64,000 bases of DNA from Raillietiella orientalis (taxonomy: Eukaryota): NCBI GenBank assembly GCA_036172245.1, contig JAYWIR010000053.1:1-64000 (forward strand), written 5' to 3'. The position numbers and the translations under genes are program-made. Positions 1 to 11,004 of this stretch are shown here, in pieces. The first letter of the stretch is position 1; every line of letters starts with the position of its first letter. Below the pieces are notes generated by a model that was given only the letters and a program-made list of their open reading frames with translations, did not search any database and was not told the DNA's origin.

Positions 1-763
1 GACCATCCGCAGCAGGGTCAGTACGTTGAGGTCATCTGCAAACATACAGAGCTGGCATAACTACTGCTTAAAACTCCCGTTGTGATGGATCGCTCAGGCT
101 TCTCCCCACTACGGCGGATCGCAGCATGGTGGTCCACCTGTTAGGCGTAACCGCGCGAATGCGCAAAGAACAGGTTCGCGCCGCTCTGGAACAGTTCGGA
201 ACGGTCCACGCGCAATGGACGAAAGTTAGTCCTTTCGAAGACTACACGGGGCTGCAACAGGGGATCACAGCTGCGCGCGTGACCGTTCGAGAGGGCTGCA
301 TTTTTCCCCACAATCAGGTGGTCGAAGGCGAAACCGTCGACCACTATTATGTGGGGAATCCGAAATAATGTGGCTTCTGCAATAGGTAGGGCCACGTCAA
401 AAAGCGGTGTTTTGACGTACAGTACCAAGTATGCGGCACAATGGGCCACACGAGGGAAATGTGCTTAAAAGCAGCAGTGCGGGTGGTTTCCAAGAGAAAC
501 CTTAAAAAACGCGCCCGGCTTCTGCAGAAATGGCTGGCGGGGAAAGCTGCCGCGAAGCCTGTACCACCCGTGCCCAAGGCCCAAGCCGCACCTGTGACCC
601 CGGTGACCAACGCTAAAAAAGTTGAGGGAGCCGGTCAGGAGACTGGGTGGCAATTGGCAATGGCCAAAAATTTAAAGAAGGAGACGAGATTAGATAAAAA
701 CTACGCCTCCCGATTGAAAAAACAGCAAGCAAGCGAGGAGATAAAAAAATGCAGCGTTGTCGT
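1..763 (+). pseudogene. A2 ORF1 (gag-like, two degenerate CCHC knuckles), central part
   Basis: VVHLLGVTARMRKEQVRAALEQFGTV is nearly identical to A1 ORF1. CGFCNR*GHVKKRC and YQVCGTMGHTREMC are present. In-frame stops. Confidence 0.9.
755..763 (+). repeat. TSD of element G, CGTTGTCGT (second copy at 32753-32761)
   Basis: Identical 9-mer on both sides, and the host ORF1 frame is continuous across it. Confidence 0.8.
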
Positions 764-962
764 TTATTTCTTAGATGCGTTGGGACGTTTATTCATAATC
801 TCAACTGGAAACTTAGGCTAGGAGAACAGAAAATGGGGTGTAGATTTCCCGGAACGCAATCCGCGTACACTGAGAGTTCGGAACTGCAGGGGGTGGGACA
901 ACAAATAAATAAATTGAGTGGGAGGGCGGGGATAGAGGTATACAGTCTAATCGTTCCTGTTC

Positions 963-3144
963 TTAGAACCGGCGGTGAAAGCCGCCGATATCCGTCCTCA
1001 CTTCTGCTCCCAGGTGTGGCCACCAGGCAGCCATTCGCAGGTTGCAGGCTGCGGTGTCGGGGACCGATGTTGAAACTGCTCGCATCTGCAATACGTGACA
1101 GGCACTGACAATGACGCGGACGCAGCAGATGATTGCGAAGAACGCTCCAAGAGAAAGACCGTCACGCGTGTAGAAGCGGCGCATCCAATCGAGTGCGGTG
1201 TGTCCGGGGTTCACCAGCGGTGAAGACAGCTGCCCCCACAGATCCTGGAGGGCAGAGCACTCAAACAGCAAATGCGGAAGCGATTCCACCTTTCAGCATT
1301 GGGCACAGTTCGGAGAAGCAACTCCCCCGGAAATCAGGTGCACCCGCAGGTTGCAGTACAAACCCCAATGCACCAGCAGAAAAGCATCCTGTTTCCACCG
1401 AAGGGGGAAGAGAGTCGCGTCCCAACACGCAGAAGGGAACAGAAGTTCATCGTTGGGCACCCCGAGGAGCTCACTCCACCGCAGAAGTCCCTTGGCACGA
1501 AGGCGAGGTGTGGCAGCGTCTGCTACTTCGCAAGTCCGCCAGCCGCTTAGCAGTCGGGTTTCGCCTGCGATTTTGCTAGTGATCTCTCACCTCGGCGGCA
1601 GGTCACTGTCATCTCGCACCATCAGTGCATACAGTGCCTCGTCGAGTGGCGTAGCGGCTAGGCGTGTCCACAGGTCCTGGTCTTGCAGCACCTGCCCCAC
1701 TGGACAGTATCGGGAAAGTTTCACGCATCGGAGTTCCAATAGCGACACATCCTGTTGCGCTGCCCAGGACGATTAGGCTTCCTGCCTCCAGGCGTTGAAG
1801 TTCGTCGGTTGGGAGGAGAACGACTCATGCTTTCCCAGAAGCGTGGCGAGCTGCTTCAAAGAAGAGGCGAATCCTCTCTGGGCGCGCTCCGTGCGCAGAT
1901 GCAACGAACGTAGTCCAGAGCTGCGCACAGAGTGCCAGCATGCGGAAATGCACTAGCAGTCCGATCCGCACCAGCGTCAGGATGCCCAATCCTGCATCCC
2001 GCCGAGGAGCCGCCAAGTCCTTCAGGTGTATACTGCACCTCGCCGGTCCCCACAGGGCGTTCCGCAACAAACGTTGCGCCCGGGGCTTAGCCATGTAGAT
2101 TGGGGGACATACACAAAAGAGAGGACGGAGGAGGAAGGCAACGAAAATGTACCACACGAAGGTCCGTTCCGACAGGAGAAACCTGCCACCATGGAACGGG
2201 CTCAGTGCAGTCTGCGCCTTGTGAAGGCAGTCCAAACACGCTTTTGCTGAACAGAAGGCGCTTAAGGAAAAGCCAAGGTACTTTATGCCCCTGCCCGTGA
2301 AAATCCCCAGGGGGATCCTGTCGGACTGCTTCTTCCACGTAGAGCCAACCGGTACAACGGTTGATTTCGTCCTGTTGACGCTCAGGACCGCTCCCCGACG
2401 AATGAGCTCGAAGAAATCCTCGAGCCTGGACGCCGGGGAAGACATGTGCCGCAGTAGGAGAAGGTCGTCAGCATAGGCGTTCACGGCTGGTGATCCCGGG
2501 CAGGAGCTCGGCAGGTTGGTCCGCGTCAGCCTGTACGCCCTCAGCACCAACTCAAAGAAGATGCTGAAGAGCAGGGGGACTAAGCTGTATCCCTGCCTGA
2601 TTCCCCGCCGTATGAGAATGCCGTACACGTGGCGCCCGCTGGAAGAGATACAGCACAAAGCTAGGCGCCTGCAGGAACGCAATTAGGCGATGAGGTGCGT
2701 CGGGAGGCCTAGGCGTCCCAGAAGCTCCACAAGTAGGTCCTGGTTAACGCTCTCGTACGCTTTGCAGAGATCGACGGCGACCGCTAAGGCTCCCGGCGTT
2801 CCATCGTGCCTTGAACACCGCCGCTTTCCTTTGGTAGCGGCGATTTCGGCTGCCTAGCTCTGCTGCGTCACGCGCTGCTGCAACTCGAAGCATGTTCGCG
2901 CGAAGAAGAGATTCGCGTCCATGGACCGCCCCGGAACAGCATACGTCTGCTCCGGACTTACCAAGGTCTCTCCGATTCTCCCCAGGCGCGCGACTTATAG
3001 CTTGGAGAACAGCTTGACGTCCGAATTCACCAAGGTGATCGAACGCCAGTTGCAGAGGTGGCGCAAATCACCGCCTTTCGGCAGGAGTTGCACCTTTGCT
3101 GAGCGGAAAGAAGCGGGAACATCTCCCGTCCCACGCATCAGCGA
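963..3144 (-). pseudogene. G ORF2: RT and C-terminal zinc finger
   Basis: GIRQGYSLVPLLF, YADD, KYLG and C..C...ESLPHLLFEC are present, with several stops and frameshifts. Confidence 0.9.
3133..3144 (+). repeat. TSD of element F, ACGCATCAGCGA (second copy at 18429-18440)
   Basis: Identical 12-mer. Host G reads LSLSSLMR|GTGDVPASFRSAKV across it. Confidence 0.92.
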
Positions 3145-3228
3145 CGGTCGCGTACGGACGTTCTTTTGCGTTGCTGCGCAGTATATTGGCTCTTGTGTGT
3201 TTCTGTTCTGCTGTGCTTCTGTGCTGCA

Positions 3229-4628
3229 ATGAGAGCAAAGAAAAATATCAGCCGCAAGAAGGAAACTTCACCTGCTCCTGAGATGGCTGCTTCGGCTGCT
3301 AGCAAGGAGCCTCTGTCCTCGCCGACGGCGAGCACATTCACCCAGGTCCCTGCCCTCGTGGCTACGATGGGACCTTCGCCCGACAGACTTTAGCTTTAGG
3401 CGTATGTAGCAAATTGCTACACGCCTGCACTCAGGTATAAGGTAAGTATTTTTATGCCTGAGCGGGTTGGGCGCCAGTTTGGCCAGGAACTCCAACGGAT
3501 TGGAGTTCAAAAAGGCCAACTGGACTCCATCATGCCCATGAGTGGCTGCGGCTACTAAGAGGTGTCCAGTAAGCACGCTCTCCTTACGCAGCGTTTGCTG
3601 CACACGCCGCTGCTAATTCGTGGGCAGGTAATACTCCCTGTCACAACTGATCAGTCGTTCGTTGTCCGGCTCAGTGGAGTGTGTAAGGGTCCTTCGGACC
3701 GCCAGGTCGTGGAGGCCCTTTAAAAATTCGCTACCGTCCACGCGCTTTGGAGGTTGCCAAACCCTGCTGCAGGGTTCGAAGACCACCACAGCGGGCTCGC
3801 GCAAGTGCGAGTGACGATGACGGATCGCCGTGCAATGCCCACGCGACTGCAGGTATGTGGAATGACTGTGCGCCCGTGGTTTGCCGGGCAAACGCGTGTA
3901 TGCGCGGAATGCGGGCAGAAGGGTCACCGCATCACGAAGTGTCCCTCGGCCGCTTGCCGCTACTGCCACGAGCACGGGCACACTAAATGAACGTTCTCAG
4001 AGCTTTTTTTAAAAAACGAAAAGCGCACGAACCAATCGCGTTCCGCATTGCGGAATAATCGCCGCTAATCGAGAGAAAGAAACATCAAAGCTTCGAAAAG
4101 CGTTGCGAAAACCGCGACCACGCACGTTGAGAAAACTGCTTCTCGCCACCACAAAGAAGGGGTGAAAAGCACAAAAAAACTCGTCGCCACAAAGCCTCTG
4201 GCTATCGACCCGAAGGAAGCTCGCGAAGAATGCGAACTTTCTACAAGACCTCGCAGCTAAATGTTAAATGCAGGAGACATTGTGCCAGAGGTCAAAAAGC
4301 CTTCTACTGTCGCCATCACGACCGCGAAGCCTCGTACCAAGGCCTCGACGAGCGGCGCGGAATGCGGTCGTTCGCCCGATACAGGAAAAACGCGCCCGCG
4401 AGCAAAGAACACCGCGCCGTCTGAAGCAACGGCGGCCAAGGTGCCCCAGGAACCGAGTGCCGCGAAGAAACAGCCGGCAAACCCGCAGTCCTCGCGCGCG
4501 GACGCAGCGCCTACTGCGGCCAAGGAAGAAACTGCTACGGTGAGCACAGCCGATACAGCAGGGCCCCCAACGGTCGCAAAGCCAACGCGCGAACCCTCCG
4601 ATCTGGAAGAGGCAGCGCCTCTCGCGAT
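3229..4628 (+). pseudogene. F ORF1, N-terminal part
   Basis: CAECGQKGHRITKC and CRYCHEHGHTK knuckles, similar to C ORF1. Stops and frameshifts. Start codon uncertain. Confidence 0.8.
4619..4628 (+). repeat. TSD of element B, CTCTCGCGAT (second copy at 10253-10262)
   Basis: Identical 10-mer. F ORF1 reads EEAAPLAI|PKGVAYAC in frame across it. Confidence 0.85.
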
Positions 4629-4769
4629 AGATAAGTTTCCCCAAGTCCCACAAAGGGTGGAGTAAGTTTATTTTTCTATAAAAATACAATATTTACATTC
4701 GCACTCTCATTCACTCAATACAAACATTTTGCACTTAAGGGTCCTTGCGTTGCACTAGAGTTCTGCTTT

Positions 4770-7700
4770 TCAGGGGGGAATTCCAGCTGGATGGTCCCGG
4801 GCGTCGTCCTCGATCCTCTTCAGGATGAATCGGTACGTCCAGGCGTGGATCTTCCCGCAGTTCCTGATGCCGATTTCCCTCTTCAAGAGCCCTTGTAGGA
4901 TCTCCATCGGTGGTGCGGCTCTACTGGCTTTCCTCATTTTCCACCACCGCACAAGTATGGTGGTGATGAAGAGGGCTATGGTCGTCCTCACCATTAGATT
5001 GTAACATGGAACATTACCATCCCCATGAAACATCCCGGCGAGGTTCTCCACAACGGACTTGTTAATAAGTCCTATGATCCTTTTCAGGATCAGCCAGTAA
5101 TGCAGCACTGTGGGACACGTCAAGACGTGAAGTCTCGTCTCGTCGTCTCCACATGCTGCGCAGTCTCGGTCTTCCCGCCTTCCTGTGAAGAGCTGCAATC
5201 GGGACCCACTCTGGATTCCTCCGTGATAAAACATCAGGAGGTCATCCTGGGTGCCCGGCGGAAGGTCACTCCTCCAGAGCGTCGTGCCGATCGCTAACAG
5301 GTTGAACCGTTCACTCCCGTAGCGTTCGGTGGCTTCCTGGAGGGCACTGGTGTCAGGGTCGTTTTCTTGGATAAGCCTTCGGAGGTTTGTTCTGGTTACC
5401 CTCGACCATGCGAACTCGTTGTGGTTGAACCACACTTCGCGGGTCCTGTGAGTAAACCTTCCTAACATCATCTCTCTATACGGAAGTATACGAGTTTGAT
5501 GTAGGTAACCTCCTCGCCTCCACTCCTGGATTTGCAGTAGGGTAACTCTGGACCGCTGGTAGATCCAGCTTCTCGTGTCCGGCGGGACAGGAAGCATCCA
5601 AGGGATCACCAGGATGGACTCGTCCTGCCAGAGTTCCCTGCTTTGCGGCACGATCTTGATTTGGTGCTTCCCCACCAGCCGTTGCTTCCTCCTCCAGGTC
5701 GGGTCGATTGTTATCCATTCCCCGACTTTGCCTAGCAGCGCAGTCATCAGGCCTTTCGAGTTGTTAAGCAACAAAGCGAAGGCCCTGTGCGCCGCATGCG
5801 GCCAGTCATCCCAGTGAGTGGTAATGTCCAGGATGTGTCGCATATCCATGATTTCCATGGAATGTGCAAGCGACTTCTTCCCGGAACCGCCTTCTTCCCT
5901 GGGACGACACAGGGGTTCCAGTCTTACTCTTGGGCGATAGTGGCCCCAGAGTGTTTTTCTTTGCAGCTTGTCGAACTCCCTAGTAGTGTCCTTGTTCATC
6001 CTCTCAAAGGCCGCCCCGAAGAGCACTTTCGGAAGGAGTACTTCGTTCCATATGCTGGCCTTTCGCTTCATCCCAAGGTCCGTTCGGGTGTACTTGGCTG
6101 CTTCCTTGTCCGTTTTCCCCAGGATTTCCTTCCACAGCAGCTTCGACGTAGAGTCGTCGCCGATGTAGACTCCCAGGTACTTGGCCGTGTCCACCGTACG
6201 GAATCCACTACTTGTTAGAGTGGAGAGGTTCAGGATTCCGAAGGGCAAAAGCTGGCTCTTCTGGGAATTGATTTTTAAGCCCAAGCCCTGTTCCATCAAG
6301 CCCATCACATCCAGAAACGCACGCTGATTTTTCTCTCCCTTGATGAAGAAGAGTAGATCATCGACGTATGCCAGATAAGTAAGACGCTGGCCATGGATGG
6401 TAATCCCGCTGAGTCGTCCGCTCTTCTCGATAAAGGACGACAACGCCTCCATATAGATGACGAACAGCATCGGACTTAGCGAGTCGCCCTGTCGGACTTC
6501 TCGTTCCATCCTGATTGCTGCCGTCTCCTGGCCGTTGACCTTGATCCGGCAGTACTGGTTCTGGAGTACCGCCCTCACGAAGTTGCTGAAGTGTTTCGGA
6601 AGCCCTAGCTTCTCCAGAACCTTCAGCAGCATCCCGTGGTCGATGGAGTCGAAAGTTTTCTCCATGTCAGTGAACACGAGCACCAGGTTCTCGCCGACGT
6701 ATCGACAGGGTCCGACGGTGGCCTGGGAACACTTGACATTGTCCGACATGTGACGTCCAGGGACTGCACACGTTTGGACCGGAGAGATGAGCCTCGACAT
6801 GACCTTGCCTAAGCGGTTGGACCAGATCTTCGCCAACCACTTGGCATCGGAATTTAGGATCGAGATTGGCCTCCATTGGGCGATCTGGGTAGAGTCGCCT
6901 CCTTTCGGCAGCAATCTCATCCGACTCTCGTAGAAGGACTGAGGTAGCCTGCCTTCTTCCCGGATGCAGAGGGTCAACTGGTGGAACAAGCGCAGGTAGG
7001 CGTGCAGGTACCGCTGATAGTGCGTGATGGGTACACTGTCAGGGCCCGCTGCCACGTCCTTGCGATGTTGCCCAAACGCTGTCTTCACTACTTCTGCGGA
7101 GAACTCCTTCTCGAATCTGTTCCGCTGGAGGTCGTCGGTCCCCTTCTCGAGGTAGCTCAATAAGGCCTGTTGACTAGAGCGACACAGCTGTTGTCGCCTG
7201 AAGTGTTTCGTGTAATGCCTTTGAAAGGCATCCACGATGTCCTCAGACGACTGTCGCTTTTGGCCGTAATACTGGATGCAGAAGATATCTGTTGCCAGCT
7301 TTCTCTTCTCCAGCACGCCGACTTCCCCTTTTATGTTATTGAGGACTTGCCGACTCTCGTACTGATAAAAGTACTTTGAAAGGGAGCGATCTTGGATGTT
7401 CAGCTCCCGGTACGCCTCTTGCCTCAAGCGCCTATCTTCGAACTGCATGTTCGCAAACAGGTGTATCCTGTGTTTCAGGCTGTCCCAGTCGGCGACTCTT
7501 CGGATTGTTGTTGCCTTCAGAATCGCCTCCAGGACAGCCTGATGTCCGGGATGGGTTTCGAGCCAGGCGGGCATGCTGATGAGCGCCGCTCTGGTGCCTT
7601 GCCTCCGCCGAGGATTCTCCGTTCTTAGGGATAACCGCACCAGGGGGTGATCGGACACCGTAGTCATAGTGTCGCGAAACCCCTGGATGCGGTTCCCAAG

Positions 7701-8289
7701 TTCGGTGCTGTGCAGGACGTGATCGATCGGCTTGTGGCTTGCTGTTCGCCAGACCAGTCCGAACTCGTCGGATAGCCGTCGATACGCCGTCCTTCCTCTG
7801 GCGTCTTCTGAATGAATGATCTCATCCAAGATGTTGAGATCCCCAGCAACAATCACGACGTCCTTAGGAGCGACCTTTTGCAGGAGTGCTGCATGCAGCG
7901 CCTCCGCACAACGAAGTTTAAGCCTATGCGGCCCGTACACGTTCAATAGTATAAGGTGAACAGTTTCGGACCAAGGCCAGTCGGACGCCGATGGTTCGTC
8001 CGGGTTGGGGACAGAACACTTCCAGAATAGTGGGGGCTAAGTGGTTCTTTATTAGCACCGCCACACCCATCGTGTTCCGTTCTCCCTCGCTGACGAAAAT
8101 CTGCACGATGAATCGCCGTTCCATTTGCTGGCCGATCTCGAGACCCATCCTGTGGGTCTCCTGCAGGCACACGATGTCTTGTTGTGCGATGGTCCGCACA
8201 ATCCTTCTTCTTTTTCTCTGGTCGATCACACCGTTTACGTTCCAGGATTCGATGTTCAGCCTCCTGGCGGTCGATAGGGAAGAGGTCAT
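4770..8289 (-). pseudogene. B ORF2: AP-endonuclease, RT and zinc finger; nearly intact, one frameshift near 7945
   Basis: SWNVNG, CLQETH, NVYGP, AGDLN, IDH, SDH, WRPISILN, QGDSLSP, YVDD, KYLG and CAAC...HVLTC; a 1058-aa open stretch. Confidence 0.93.
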
Positions 8290-10105
8290 AATAGGGGAAG
8301 ACCTTCTTGGCCTTCCTGAGCTTCTTCTGTCTGGGAGAGCGTGCTCTTCCAGACGTCGAAGAAGCAGCGGGCTTCTCGCTGCCGGCGTCACTCTCCGCAC
8401 CTGTGAGGTCGGTAATTTCCGCCTCCTCCGTGGAGTGTTCCGCCCGCGCGATTAATTTCCGAGATAGCGCCTCTATCTCGACCTTGGCGCAGAAGTTCGC
8501 CTTCACGTCGAGAAGCTGTTCCTCTAACTTCTCGCGTTCAGCGAACTCCACAACCTGGTTGATGTTCTGTTGTGCAGTGCAGATCTTCTGCAAGATTTTC
8601 TCTTGCTGAGGACCGCTCTGCACCTCCATGATCTCCTCCGCCAGTGTTGCCAACTCCTCCGTGGTCTGCAGAGCCTCCTGCGACACTTTTGTGGCTTCCT
8701 GTCTCTCTTCCTTCGCGCCTTCCTGCGCTACCTCCACCTTCTCGCCTTACTGCTCTGCTGCTTCCAGGATTTGAGGAGTTCCTTGCTTCTTGACGAGCAT
8801 CCTCCTCTTTCCTTTCTTTCCCACTTCTATAAAGCCGTCCGCCGACACAGGAACGGCTTCTTTCACCTTCTTCGGCCTTCCTGCCTTCTGAGGTTGTTCG
8901 GCCTCCTTGATGTTTCTCTCTCTCACGGGGGAGAGACCTCGAATCCTTCTGCAGTTTTCAAAATCCGGACAGCTTCATTTCGCATGTCCGTGTTTCTTGC
9001 AGAAGGAGCACACCTCCGGCTGCGGGCAGTTTCGGACTTGATGTCCTACTTCGCCGCAGCGAAAGCAGCGGCAAGTTTTGCAAGCGCTGGCCCTGTGGCC
9101 GAACTGCTTGCACCCGGTGCAGAATACCGGTTGTTGCCGGTAACGCACATTCACTCTCTGGGATTGTTCGTCAATAACGGCCAATCCAGGGATCACCGCT
9201 CCTTCCCTCAACTTCATCTTGGCGATCATGTCGCCAGAAAATATGTTTCCAGAGAAGTTCTGGAAATCAAGGTCCAGAACTTCCCCAAACTGCTCCAAGT
9301 AATCCCACATCGCTAGTTGCGGTTTGAGGATGGAGATGCCGTTTAAAAAGACGGTTGTGTATGGCATCTCGCCAATACCACAAACCATCCGTCCTTGTAT
9401 ATTGATCCCCTTCTGGATCAATCGCTCTCTAATGTTTTCACAGTCTGTAAAGACTGTGAACCCGTTGTTCGATGGAATGATCGCCTGAATGCGCTCAAAG
9501 TCTATGTCCGTCTTGTCGAGGGACAAATAGACCTCCCTGATGTTATTAAATTTTATTAGCCCAGTATTGTAGATAATGGGCTTCACGTTGGGGCCTATTT
9601 CGACTATTGGTCGGTCCACTTTTAGAACTTTAACGCTAAGTCGCTTACCAAATTTCCTAGGTGGGTGGACACTCGCCTGTCCAGCCGCCACCGACGCATA
9701 GGAAAAGGGCTGCGACGCCGTAGCCGAACAAGATGGCGTCGCTCCCTGCACCGCGTGGACGCCCGCGGGTCCCGCCTAGGACGCCGTCGCCGCGGGCGCA
9801 AACCTCGACGTTGCCGCCGTTACCGCCGCGGGCGGCACCCTCGGCATCGCCGCCGCCGGCGCAGCAAAGCCCGCCGCGGGCGCGATCATCGGCATGCCTG
9901 CCGCCACCTCGCCGTTGCCGCACGTTACCTCCATGGCTTCCATGGGGGGCGATGGCCTCACCACTCCTCCAACTCCAGATGCCTGCATCCTGGCAGCTGT
10001 TCCGGCTCCTCTAGACGACTGCAGGACTTTTACCGTGGACTTCTCGGCGGTGCTGCTGCTGCAGCTGAAGGTCCCCGTTTGCTTTCTTTCCACACTGGCG
10101 TTCAC
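8288..10105 (-). pseudogene. B ORF1: Ala/Pro-rich N-terminus, RRM-like core, three CCHC knuckles, Glu/Gln-rich probable coiled coil
   Basis: One frame broken by stops at 9776, 8975 and about 8747. Knuckles CTGCKQFGHRASAC, CFRCGEVGHQVRNC and CSFCKKHGHAK*SC. Both ends uncertain. Confidence 0.85.
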
Positions 10106-10252
10106 TCAAACACTTGCCCTCTCAGGGCACTCAGAAATTGCCTTGGCAGTGGTTTTAAACACTGCCTTGGCGGGGTATCGGGTATAGTTTTAAACTAGCA
10201 ATAATCACGCCTCCCTTTCGTTCAGCGGCGGCGATACCGCCCGTGCGCAAGG

Positions 10253-10975
10253 CTCTCGCGATCCCTAAAGGAGTTGCTTACGCCTGCGTGGAGGCAGAAC
10301 TCCAAGAGGCAGCAAAGGCAACGCCTTTTACATCTGTGGAAGCAAAGCTATCTCAGGATTGCAAAGATAACTGCGACGCGAAGGAAGAAGGCTGGATGCA
10401 GGTGAGAAAGATCATTAGAAAGAAACCATCAAGGTTTTCGCAGCTCTGTGTGAAGGTGAGTGAGCGAAAGAAACCCGCGAAACCTTCCTAAGAAAAAGAT
10501 TACGATTCTTTCCTCCTGCGCAGTCGTCCTCTCGCGGATGGAGCGGGAAGCTGCTGCTGCGGCTAAAAGGACGAAAGTCCCAGCCGTAGTAGCAGAAAGC
10601 GCTAAGAAACAGGCAGCGAACGATTTCCCTAATTCCGGGAAACAGCAGCAGCTCCTGGCAAGCCCTCGACTGTCGGATTCTTATCCAGAGGCCGACAGAA
10701 ATAGCACACAGCGCGACAATCGCTCGAAAGCGCGCAATCGCCTCACGAAGACCCGCAAGCGCGTTGTTGCCGAGGAGGAATCGTTGCTGGGGAGGAAAAA
10801 AGAGGAAAAGGACCTCGCCTCTGAGCTACCGGCAACAAGCAGTGCAGCCTCGAATGGAGATGTCCAGTCTCCGAGATCGACCGCTCTGTCTCGTGACCAC
10901 TCGCCGGACAAGACGAGAAATCTGTGCTCACCTTCCCAGCCTTGATGCAGGTAGTCGCCTCTTTTCGTCGATTAA
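10253..10975 (+). pseudogene. F ORF1 C-terminal part and first codons of F ORF2
   Basis: Ends SPSQP* with a TGATG overlap at 10943-10947, followed by MQVVASFRRL (compare MPGIASRRRL in A2). Confidence 0.8.
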
Positions 10976-11004
10976 TAAACGCCGTCTGAGGGTAAGGGAA
11001 GGGT

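Larger units (their letters stand above)
4629..10252 (-). mobile_element. Full-length divergent non-LTR retrotransposon B (5.6 kb), antisense in F ORF1
   Basis: TSD, ORF1, ORF2, and an AT-rich 3' UTR with AATAAA at 4667-4672. Confidence 0.9.

Noticed and set aside
10140..10252. HDV-like ribozyme at the 5' end of B
   Set aside because: Hairpins are present, but I could not assign the nested double pseudoknot.
10972..10984. TTAATAAACGCC resembling a C/D 3' end on the plus strand
   Set aside because: Only 12 nt with no hairpin or UTR, at a deletion junction. It cannot be supported as an element.
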